A stretch of DNA of 58,978 bases from a virus. Taxonomy: Duplodnaviria > Caudoviricetes. Both the position numbers and the translations under genes were made by a program. Within the stretch, counting starts at the first letter, position 1, and every line of letters begins with the position of its first letter. The stretch is taken from positions 1-58,978 of IMG/VR virus record IMGVR_UViG_3300028588_000028; one strand, written 5' to 3'. Positions 36,295 to 44,456 of this stretch are shown here, one piece after another. The notes below the pieces were generated by a model. It was not told the origin of the DNA and made no database searches. It worked only from the letters and a program-made list of their open reading frames with translations.

Positions 36295-39180
36295 ATGCCA
36301 AATCAGAAGAAGTACAAGGCCGACACAGTCCGAGCAGCGTTCAGCCGGTTCGCAGTTGGAGAAGAAACCGAAGACGGCGAACAGCGCATGTTCTGCCCGG
36401 TCTGCGAAGACCCCGACACAAGCCACACGCCCTCCGCATCCATGGACGCAGAGAAGGGCGTTTGGAACTGCCTCAAGAACAACCACGGCGGTAAGATCTG
36501 GGACCTCGTCAAGGATCTCAAGGAGACCAACGGCTTCGACATTCGCAGTGAAGCCATGAAGGGTCGACACTCCAACCCCGAGTACAAGGCCGCTGTGCGC
36601 GAGCGCCTCGGCAACTCGAACACCAGCAAGAACGCCCCGCCTCTTCCCGACGCAGACAAGATCGAGAAGTGGACCCAGCAGCTACTCGCCAACAAGACCA
36701 AGCTCAAGGCTCTCCAGGAAGCCCGAGGTCTCACCCGAGAAACCATCGTCGACTTCCAGCTCGGATGGGACGGGAGCCGCTACACCATCCCGGTGCGCGA
36801 GGCAGACGGCACCTTGGTGAACGTCCGGCGCTACCAGCTCGGAGCGAGCAGCGGGCAGAAGATGCTCAATCTGCCGGGGCACGGTGCGGCGCACATCTAC
36901 CGCGCCGACATCCTCGCAGCCAACGACACCATCGTCATCACTGAGGGCGAGATGGACTGCATCCTGTTGAACCAGGAGGGCATCCCCGCCGTCACGCACA
37001 CCGCAGGAGCAGCGACCTTCCGCGCGGCCTGGGCCAAGGACTTCCGAGGCAAGACCGTCTTCATCGCATACGACGCCGACAAGGCCGGTCGCGACGGAGC
37101 CAAAAAGGTGCTGAACCTGCTTGCAGGTTTCGCAGTGGACACGTACCTGGTGGACATCCCCGAGACCACCAAGGGCGCAGACATCACGGACTACCTCCAC
37201 ATGGAGGGGCACACCATCGGCGAGTTCCAAGAGCTCATGGGCGCTGCCATGGACAAGAGCGGCGTCATCAAGGTCTCACGCCCCATCCCCACAACGGGCA
37301 CCCCTGTGTCCCTGAACGCCAGCATGTCCCAGGAGAACCAGTCAGAGACCCTGGAGCTGACGGTCTCGATCGCGGGAAAGCAGCAGGAACCCAACACCGC
37401 CCCGCGGACCATCAACGCCACCTGCGACATGAGCAAGGGCGCGGCATGCGACCTCTGCCCGGTCATGGGCAAGAACGGCGCGATGGAGGTCGTCATCCGG
37501 GCAGACGACGAGAGCCTGTTCCGCTTTGTCGATGTGCCGGAGCAGCGTCGCAAGGCGCTCCTGAAGGAGATCACCGGCGCTCGATGCAGCGACCGTGTCG
37601 ACTTCGAGGTCGCAGAGAACTACCACATCGAGGAGCTGCTGGTGCAGCCCAGCGTCGACGACCGCAAGGACGACGAGACTCAGATGCCCGTGCGTCGCAC
37701 GGCCTACTCCGTCGGCACACACCAGACCTCGGTCAACTCCAAGGTCAAGCTGGTCGGCAAGAACGTGCCCGATCCCAAGAACGGCAAGCTCAAGTTCATG
37801 GCTCACCACAACGAGCCGGTCGAGATGGATATCGACCGCTACGAGCTGACCGCTGAGATTCGGGAGCGCCTGATGGTGTTCAGGCCGGAGGAGGGGCAAA
37901 GCGCCCTCTCCAAGTGCTTCGACATCGCGGAAGACATGTCCAAGAACGTCACGCACATCTACGGGCGAGACATCCTGCACGTGGCGTACGACCTGGTGTG
38001 GCACTCGGTCGTCAGCTTCAAGGTGGGAGACCAGATCGTCCAGAAGGGCTGGCTGGAGATGGGCAACGTCGGAGACACCCGTACCGGCAAGAGCGAGACC
38101 GCCATCGCCATGCAGCGCCACTACCGCTCCGGAGTCGTTCAGAGCTGCGAGGGCATGTCCTTCCCCGGCCTGGTGGGCGGCGTCCAGCAGATCGACGGGC
38201 GCTGGCACATGACTTGGGGTGTCATCCCCATGAACGACAGACGCCTGGTCGTACTGGACGAGGCCTCCGGTCTCAAGGACGCCAACGTGATCGAGCAGAT
38301 GTCATCCATCCGAAGCTCCGGCGTCGCGCAGGTGACCAAGATCGCCTCCGAGGAGACCTCAGCTCGAACGCGCCTGATCTGGATCCTGAACCCCGGCGAC
38401 GGAACGATGCTGAAAGACAACAGCACAGGTGGCATGGGCGCGCTCCGCACGGTCTTCGTCAACGCAGAAGACGTGGCGCGCTTCGACTTCGTGATCGCTA
38501 CCGCCAAGGACGACGTGGACTCGAAGATCATCAACGCATCGTTCAGCGAGGGGCACAGCCCCGAGTACTCCAGCGAGGACTGCGAAGCCCTCGTGAAGTG
38601 GGCTTGGTCGCTGAACCGCGACAAGGTCCGCATCTCGGAGGCAGCAGCAAAGCAGGCTATCGAGTCTGCACTGGACATGGGCGAGCGTTACGTCAGCGAC
38701 CCTCCGCTCATCCAGAGCGAGAACGTCCGCTTCAAGCTCCTGCGCATCGCAGCGGCCCTGGCAGCTCGAACCTTCAGCTGCGACAAGTCCGGCAACCTCG
38801 TCGTCAATCGCGAGCACGTCAAGGACGCTGTCGAGTTCCTCGACGCCATCTACGAGGAGAAGTCGATGGGGTATGCGCGCATGTCGAAGAAGCACCTCTC
38901 CGACGCCGCCCTTGCGCACGAGAAGCGCCACAACGTTCTGCAGTACCTCCGAGAGAACGAGCAGGTGCTGCTGACACTGCGCATGGTCGGCGGGAACAAC
39001 TTCCGCACGCGCGACTTCCAGGACTTCGGAGCCATGGATCCGGTCGCGGCGAAGGCCGCCACCACCACCTTGCTGAAGTGGAACGTCATCAAGCTCAAGA
39101 CCCGAGGCGACATCGGCATGGGAGAGGTCTTGCTAAGCGCCATCAGGCAGATCGAGGATGAGGATGAGAATGCGGAATAG
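36295..39180 (+). CDS. DNA primase-helicase fusion (zinc finger, TOPRIM, MCM-like AAA+)
   Basis: CPVC...WNC zinc finger; ITEGEMD and YDAD TOPRIM motifs; GDTRTGKS Walker A, VVLDEA Walker B, ARFD arginine finger. Confidence 0.9.
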   Translation: MPNQKKYKADTVRAAFSRFAVGEETEDGEQRMFCPVCEDPDTSHTPSASMDAEKGVWNCLKNNHGGKIWDLVKDLKETNGFDIRSEAMKGRHSNPEYKAAVRERLGNSNTSKNAPPLPDADKIEKWTQQLLANKTKLKALQEARGLTRETIVDFQLGWDGSRYTIPVREADGTLVNVRRYQLGASSGQKMLNLPGHGAAHIYRADILAANDTIVITEGEMDCILLNQEGIPAVTHTAGAATFRAAWAKDFRGKTVFIAYDADKAGRDGAKKVLNLLAGFAVDTYLVDIPETTKGADITDYLHMEGHTIGEFQELMGAAMDKSGVIKVSRPIPTTGTPVSLNASMSQENQSETLELTVSIAGKQQEPNTAPRTINATCDMSKGAACDLCPVMGKNGAMEVVIRADDESLFRFVDVPEQRRKALLKEITGARCSDRVDFEVAENYHIEELLVQPSVDDRKDDETQMPVRRTAYSVGTHQTSVNSKVKLVGKNVPDPKNGKLKFMAHHNEPVEMDIDRYELTAEIRERLMVFRPEEGQSALSKCFDIAEDMSKNVTHIYGRDILHVAYDLVWHSVVSFKVGDQIVQKGWLEMGNVGDTRTGKSETAIAMQRHYRSGVVQSCEGMSFPGLVGGVQQIDGRWHMTWGVIPMNDRRLVVLDEASGLKDANVIEQMSSIRSSGVAQVTKIASEETSARTRLIWILNPGDGTMLKDNSTGGMGALRTVFVNAEDVARFDFVIATAKDDVDSKIINASFSEGHSPEYSSEDCEALVKWAWSLNRDKVRISEAAAKQAIESALDMGERYVSDPPLIQSENVRFKLLRIAAALAARTFSCDKSGNLVVNREHVKDAVEFLDAIYEEKSMGYARMSKKHLSDAALAHEKRHNVLQYLRENEQVLLTLRMVGGNNFRTRDFQDFGAMDPVAAKAATTTLLKWNVIKLKTRGDIGMGEVLLSAIRQIEDEDENAE

Positions 39181-39181
39181 T

Positions 39182-39210
39182 TTGCCATATGCCCGGTAAG
39201 GTAGGATAAT
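39182..39210 (+). promoter_or_regulatory. SigA-type (early) promoter
   Basis: TTGCCA-N17-GATAAT. Confidence 0.7.
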
Positions 39211-39253
39211 GATCAATACGCCGGAAGGACCGGCAGGGAAGGACCCAAGTACC

Positions 39254-39499
39254 ATGGCCATCGCCAAGCCCACCGCCGAAGTCACCATCGGAAGCTCCTT
39301 GGAGCGGACGGGTGAAATCGCGCTCGACCCGCACGAGTACATCGAGATCAAGACCAGCACCGGCGAGCGCTGGACTGTCAAGCTCGACAGGATCGGCATG
39401 CTCGAGATCCGACTCGTCGACGCGGTCGGTCCTCGCAGCAACATCGCCGTGAGGCCGCACGTTGCGAACGAGATCAGTTTGCAGGCGGTGAACTTCTGA
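39254..39499 (+). CDS. hypothetical protein
   Basis: ATG follows tandem AAGGA hairpins. Confidence 0.7.
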   Translation: MAIAKPTAEVTIGSSLERTGEIALDPHEYIEIKTSTGERWTVKLDRIGMLEIRLVDAVGPRSNIAVRPHVANEISLQAVNF

Positions 39500-39804
39500 T
39501 GTCGATCCCGGTCGAGCGCGTAGAGCGCTACATCGAAGCCCGCGAGCACAACAACATCTCTTCCACGACGATCGACATGTACCACGCGGGTGGCAACAAG
39601 GACATCGCCCGTTTGAACATCGACGACCTCAAGCACCTCGTCGCGGTCGAGAGGAAGCACGCCCGGCTCATGGCGCAGTCGGCCATCCTGCTCGCAGCCC
39701 TGGCTGAGCACAAGGAGCTGGAGGGCGTGGACGTCGAGATCAAGACCCGCAAGGGCTGGGTGGACGGCATCGACCTCGCCTCGCCCATGGTGAGGAACTT
39801 CTAG
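39499..39804 (+). CDS. hypothetical protein
   Basis: TGATG coupling. Confidence 0.7.
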   Translation: MSIPVERVERYIEAREHNNISSTTIDMYHAGGNKDIARLNIDDLKHLVAVERKHARLMAQSAILLAALAEHKELEGVDVEIKTRKGWVDGIDLASPMVRNF

Positions 39805-40352
39805 TGATCACCTATCTGACGCGACTGTCGTTCCTCGACACCGCAGACGACCTGGCCGATCAGCAGCTCATCCAACAGCACGACGAGGCGCGCAACGTGT
39901 TCAACTCCATGGTGTACGACGAGCCGCTGGAGGGCTTGCCCGCGAATCACCCGCTGCGCAAGATGTGGGAGGGGTACGAGGTCGCCCTCGCCGCCTACAC
40001 CGTCTGCATGGCGCTGGAGCTGACCAAGCGGGGTTACATCGCGGGCCTGGCTACCAACCGGGTCGCCGGTCCGGTACGCGAGATGCGTCGCGACTACGGG
40101 GTCGAGTTCGAGGTGCCGCCTTGGTTCGAGGACACCGACGTTATGCGCAGCCACCGGAGCAACCTCATCCGGCGCTACCCTGCAGCCTATGGTGCTGCCT
40201 GGAAGGGCACCCCGGCTAACATGCCGTACATCTGGCCGATCGTCACCGAAGACGGATACGACCTGCTTCTGTCCAAGGGAGACAAGGCTCTCCTCGCTAG
40301 CGGAGAGCGCGAACTGCCCGCTCCGATCAAGAGAAAGATCAAGAACCTGTGA
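39804..40352 (+). CDS. MSMEG_6728-like / pyrimidine-dimer glycosylase (T4 endonuclease V fold) family protein
   Basis: NHPLRKMWEGY, PPWF, SHRSNLIRR and MPYIWP motifs. Confidence 0.7.
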   Translation: MITYLTRLSFLDTADDLADQQLIQQHDEARNVFNSMVYDEPLEGLPANHPLRKMWEGYEVALAAYTVCMALELTKRGYIAGLATNRVAGPVREMRRDYGVEFEVPPWFEDTDVMRSHRSNLIRRYPAAYGAAWKGTPANMPYIWPIVTEDGYDLLLSKGDKALLASGERELPAPIKRKIKNL

Positions 40353-41182
40353 CTGACAAGACCATCCGAGTCGCCATCCTCGGCTGCGGCCCCGCGGGGC
40401 TGTTCGCAGCGCATGCCGCGGCGGGCTTGGGCGCCCAGATCGACATCTTGAGCAAGCCTCGGAAGTCCTTCATGCGGGGCGCTCAGTACCTGCACCAGCC
40501 CATCCCAGGGCTGTCGCGCGACCCGTTCCAGATCGACTACCGGCTCGAAGGCACCACCGGGGGCTATCGCGACAAGGTCTACGGCGAAGACAGCTCGGTG
40601 GACGTCAGCCCCGAGTCCCTCGTCGGGACGCATGACGCCTGGGACATCCGCGAGGCGTACGACGCCGCCTGGGATCGCTACAAGAGCGACATCACCCCGT
40701 GGCACCTCGGAGACAAGGGGCTGACTCAGTACGGCGCTCTGGGCTTCCCTCGTACCGATTACGACCTGATCCTCTCGACCGTGCCCGCCAAGCTGCTCTG
40801 CAACACGCAGGGCTATTGGAACTACGACGACCGCTGCGAGTTCAACTCGGAGAAGGTGTGGTCCACCAACTTCGTGAAGCGCTTCGGGGCGTTCAGCGGC
40901 GAGGACGACAACATCGTCGTCTGCTCCGGAGAGCCGGACGACTGGTGGTATCGAGCCAGCCGGATCCACGGCTGGGAGAACACGGAGTATCCGCACAGCC
41001 ACCGACCCTCCGGAGACAACGTCTGGGAGGTCGAGAAGCCCATCGACAACAACTGCTACTGCAACCCCGCAGTGGTTCGACTGGGTCGCTACGGCACCTG
41101 GACCAAGGGCATCCTCGCCCACGAAGCTTTCTACAAGGCCGAAGAGGCCGTACTGCAGACCATGGAAAGGATCCACTCATGA
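40349..41182 (+). CDS. FAD-dependent oxidoreductase (UDP-galactopyranose mutase-like fold)
   Basis: N-terminal ILGCGPAG dinucleotide motif, LSTVP and C-terminal LGRYGTW. Confidence 0.8.
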   Translation: MTDKTIRVAILGCGPAGLFAAHAAAGLGAQIDILSKPRKSFMRGAQYLHQPIPGLSRDPFQIDYRLEGTTGGYRDKVYGEDSSVDVSPESLVGTHDAWDIREAYDAAWDRYKSDITPWHLGDKGLTQYGALGFPRTDYDLILSTVPAKLLCNTQGYWNYDDRCEFNSEKVWSTNFVKRFGAFSGEDDNIVVCSGEPDDWWYRASRIHGWENTEYPHSHRPSGDNVWEVEKPIDNNCYCNPAVVRLGRYGTWTKGILAHEAFYKAEEAVLQTMERIHS

Positions 41183-41826
41183 GGGTTCACCCTCTCGCTC
41201 CCGTCGTCGCACTCGACGTGGACGGCACGATCGCGGATTACTACGAGCACTTCCGCTGGTTCGCATCGCTGTACCTCCAGCGACCCGTTGAGATCCACTG
41301 GGAGTTCGCAGACCACGCCGAGTTCAGCGAGGCCCTCGGTCTGTCCAAGGACGTCTATAGGGACATCAAGCTCGCCTATCGCCAGGGCGGCATGAAGCGC
41401 TCGATCCCGCCGCTGGCGAACGACAGAGACGACCTGCTCAACATCGTTCAGTCCTTCCGGCAAGCCGGGGCGCAGGTATGGATCGCCACGACACGACCCT
41501 GGCAGCGCCTCGACAACATCGACCCCGACACCCAGTTCTGGCTCGGGCGCAACGTCGGTCGGGTCGACGGCGTGGTCTACGGCGAGGACAAGTACCTCGA
41601 CCTGATCGACATCGTCGGCAAGGAGCGCATCCTCGGAGTTCACGACGACCTTCCCGAGAACGTCATCACCGCAATCAGCTTGGGTCTGGACGGCGCTCTG
41701 CGTTCTGGAGGGCACAACGAGATCTTCCGCAAGGCTCGTCCCGACATCGTGGTCGCAGAAGACATCGACGACATCAGCATCATCACACACAACTGGCTCG
41801 AAGCCTGGAAGAGGAAGAACCCGTGA
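41179..41826 (+). CDS. HAD-superfamily phosphatase (5'-nucleotidase-like)
   Basis: Motif I DVDGT, motif II ATTR, K and motif IV HDD. Confidence 0.85.
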   Translation: MRVHPLAPVVALDVDGTIADYYEHFRWFASLYLQRPVEIHWEFADHAEFSEALGLSKDVYRDIKLAYRQGGMKRSIPPLANDRDDLLNIVQSFRQAGAQVWIATTRPWQRLDNIDPDTQFWLGRNVGRVDGVVYGEDKYLDLIDIVGKERILGVHDDLPENVITAISLGLDGALRSGGHNEIFRKARPDIVVAEDIDDISIITHNWLEAWKRKNP

Positions 41827-42515
41827 ACAAGACCCTGGTCATCGGAACCGGCACCGGAGGCATCGGCGATACCTTCGTCGAGCTGTGGGTGCAGGAGAAC
41901 GTCGGCATGGTTGGCGAGACCCTGTATACTCCCAACATCAACAGGCTCGACGTCACCGACGAGATGAACATCGAGCGCTACATCGAAGAGAACGGCCCAT
42001 TTGCCGAGATCGTCTACAGCGCTGGCATCCAGAAGCTGCAGTGGGCGCACGAGATCGAGACATTCGAACTCCGGAACATCTTCGAGGTCAACGTGTTCGG
42101 GTTCATCCTCTTGGTCGGAGCGCATGTCGCCATGTATCCGGAGAGCGAGCTGCGCGTGGCCGTAGTGGTCTCAGACGCCGCGGAAAAGCCCATGCGGACG
42201 TCGACCGCCTACTGCGCCAGCAAGGCCGCGCTGGCCATGTCCGTGAAGACCCTGGCGCGTGAGCTGGCTCCCGCCGCGATCATCGTCGGTGTCAGCCCCG
42301 GCGTGGTCGAGGGTACGGGCATGACCCGACAGCTCGAAGAAGACATCCCCGCGACGCGCAACTGGACCAAGGACCAGGCGCGCGCGTACGAAAATTCCGG
42401 CTCCGTCCTCGGACGCCGGATCACGCAGGACGAGGTGGCGGAAGCGCTCATGTTCGCCCTGCGTGGCCCCGAAGCCCTCAACGGCTCCATCATCACTCTC
42501 AACGGAGGAAACTGA
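41823..42515 (+). CDS. short-chain dehydrogenase/reductase
   Basis: GTGTGGIG, LDVTD, YSAG, YCASK catalytic motif and SPG. Confidence 0.9.
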   Translation: MNKTLVIGTGTGGIGDTFVELWVQENVGMVGETLYTPNINRLDVTDEMNIERYIEENGPFAEIVYSAGIQKLQWAHEIETFELRNIFEVNVFGFILLVGAHVAMYPESELRVAVVVSDAAEKPMRTSTAYCASKAALAMSVKTLARELAPAAIIVGVSPGVVEGTGMTRQLEEDIPATRNWTKDQARAYENSGSVLGRRITQDEVAEALMFALRGPEALNGSIITLNGGN

Positions 42516-42517
42516 CC

Positions 42518-42988
42518 ATGCAGTTCAACGGCACAATCGACCAGATCGCATACATCTCGCACAGCGAGTCCGACACCAACGCCATCAAGCAGCAGCTCGG
42601 TTTGCAGGACGCAGACTGGACCGAAGACATCTGCGTCGCCTCCGGCACCGTGCACGGCCTGCCCGGCACCAACACGGCTCGTCTGCTGTTCAACTACGAC
42701 ATGGGCGTCGAGGTCGAGATCCTTCAGTACCTCGAAGGGCCGAACTACGCCTCGGAGATCCTCGGCGGGCGCATCTGCCACATCGGCATCCACGACGACG
42801 GCACGGGCGACGTCCCGACGTTCCCCGCTGGCGTCATCCAGCAGGTCGTCACGGAGACCCACACCAACCCGTTCCTGCTGGAAACCGGTCGGCAGTACCG
42901 CTACACGATCTACGACACGTTCGACCTCCTCGGCGTCTACACGAAGGTCATCGAGCGCATCGAGGCCGGTTCGGAGCCGACGTCATGA
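42518..42988 (+). CDS. VOC/glyoxalase-fold protein (epimerase-like)
   Basis: IDQIAY, EVEILQYLEGPN and ICHIGIH motifs. Confidence 0.7.
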   Translation: MQFNGTIDQIAYISHSESDTNAIKQQLGLQDADWTEDICVASGTVHGLPGTNTARLLFNYDMGVEVEILQYLEGPNYASEILGGRICHIGIHDDGTGDVPTFPAGVIQQVVTETHTNPFLLETGRQYRYTIYDTFDLLGVYTKVIERIEAGSEPTS

Positions 42989-43353
42989 CCGCCTTCGGCG
43001 ACGCAGTAGGCGGACAGCTCAAGGCCGCTGGTGAGACCTTTATCCAGAGGAACGCCGTCTACAACGACAACTACAAGCGCGTCGGACAGGTCATGCGCGC
43101 CCTGTTCCCCGAGGGCGTCGAGCTGAAGACCTCGGAAGACTTCGAGCGCTGGCACATCCTGGAGCTGATGGTCGTCAAGCTCACCCGATACACCAACAAC
43201 TGGGAGACGACCGGCGGACATCCCGATTCGCTGGAAGACCTCTCGGTGTACTCGGCGATGCTGATGCAGATCGACGTCGACCAGGTCGCGGTGCAGGAGG
43301 AGAACGAGCGCATCCTGGCTCAAGCCGACGCAGAAAACGACATGGGGTTCTGA
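42985..43353 (+). CDS. all-alpha NTP-pyrophosphatase-like protein (DUF6378 / nucleotide-modification-associated type)
   Basis: RNAVY, VKLTRY and HPDSLEDLSVYSAM motifs. Confidence 0.65.
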   Translation: MTAFGDAVGGQLKAAGETFIQRNAVYNDNYKRVGQVMRALFPEGVELKTSEDFERWHILELMVVKLTRYTNNWETTGGHPDSLEDLSVYSAMLMQIDVDQVAVQEENERILAQADAENDMGF

Positions 43354-44456
43354 TGAAGTACGTCTCCCTGCACACCCACTCGACCTTCTCGTATGGCGAC
43401 GGCTTCGGGCTTCCCGAGGACCACGTCGCACGTGTGAAGGAGCTGGGCATGACGGCAGTGGCGCTGACCGAACACGGCAACGTCACGAGCCATGTCAAGC
43501 TGGAGATTGCAGCGACAGCCGCTGGCATCAAGCCCATCTTCGGCTCTGAGCTATACTGCGCACCGATGGACATGCGCGAGGCCAAGAACATGCGCAAGTG
43601 GCACATGACGGTTCTCGCGATGGATCAGCCGGGCTACCAGAACCTCATGGAGATGACGACGATAGCTTGGGATCGGGACAACTACCGTTGGCCCACCGTG
43701 CTGGGAGACAACTTCGCAGCGCACCAGGAAGGGCTCATCGCCACCTCCGGCTGCGCAGACAGCCACCTGGCGTGCACCCTGCTGGGAGGCAAAGGCATCG
43801 AGCCGCCCAGCAACAAGGCCGAGCGTGACAGTTACTACCGCAAGGCCGTCAAGGTCATGCTCGGCTACAAGGCTCTCCTGGGGGACCGCTACTACCTAGA
43901 GGTGCAGCGGTTCCCCGGGCTGGAGCGCACCCGCATCCTGAATGCGCAATACGCCAAGTGGTCCAAGGAGTACGCCATCCCGCTGGTGGCCACTAGCGAC
44001 GTCCACTACCCCAAGCCGGAGCAGAACGAGATCCAGAAGATCCTGCACGCCTCGTCTCGTCAGACCGGCACTGTCGCAGCAGCCGAGGCAGACTGGGAGT
44101 ACGGGATCCTGCTGACCTATCCGCTCAGCGACGACGAGATCTTGAACGACCTCATCCGCACCGGCCTCACCCGCGGCGAGGCGCAAGCAGCCATCATTCA
44201 CACAGGAGAGATTGCAGAACGATGCAACGTCAGCGTACCCAAGATGGATCGAATCCGCTACCCGCTAAGCGACGCCGCGTTCGCGCCGTGGGACCCGCCC
44301 CAGCACCGCGCAGGAAGTCGCGCCCTGCCGAAAAGCCGATGGGAGAGCGCACCAGCGCAGACGTCCTCTGGCACTGGTGTCGAGAGGGCTGGAAGTACCG
44401 AGGCCTCGACAAGCGCCTCACCCCGGCGGAGAAGAAGGAGTACTCCGCGCGTGTGA
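43353..44456 (+). CDS. dnaE: DNA polymerase III alpha, N-terminal PHP part
   Basis: SLHTHSTFSYGDG, ALTEHGN, KPIFGSE and ATSDVHY; similarity ends near 44300. Confidence 0.9.
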   Translation: MKYVSLHTHSTFSYGDGFGLPEDHVARVKELGMTAVALTEHGNVTSHVKLEIAATAAGIKPIFGSELYCAPMDMREAKNMRKWHMTVLAMDQPGYQNLMEMTTIAWDRDNYRWPTVLGDNFAAHQEGLIATSGCADSHLACTLLGGKGIEPPSNKAERDSYYRKAVKVMLGYKALLGDRYYLEVQRFPGLERTRILNAQYAKWSKEYAIPLVATSDVHYPKPEQNEIQKILHASSRQTGTVAAAEADWEYGILLTYPLSDDEILNDLIRTGLTRGEAQAAIIHTGEIAERCNVSVPKMDRIRYPLSDAAFAPWDPPQHRAGSRALPKSRWESAPAQTSSGTGVERAGSTEASTSASPRRRRRSTPRV

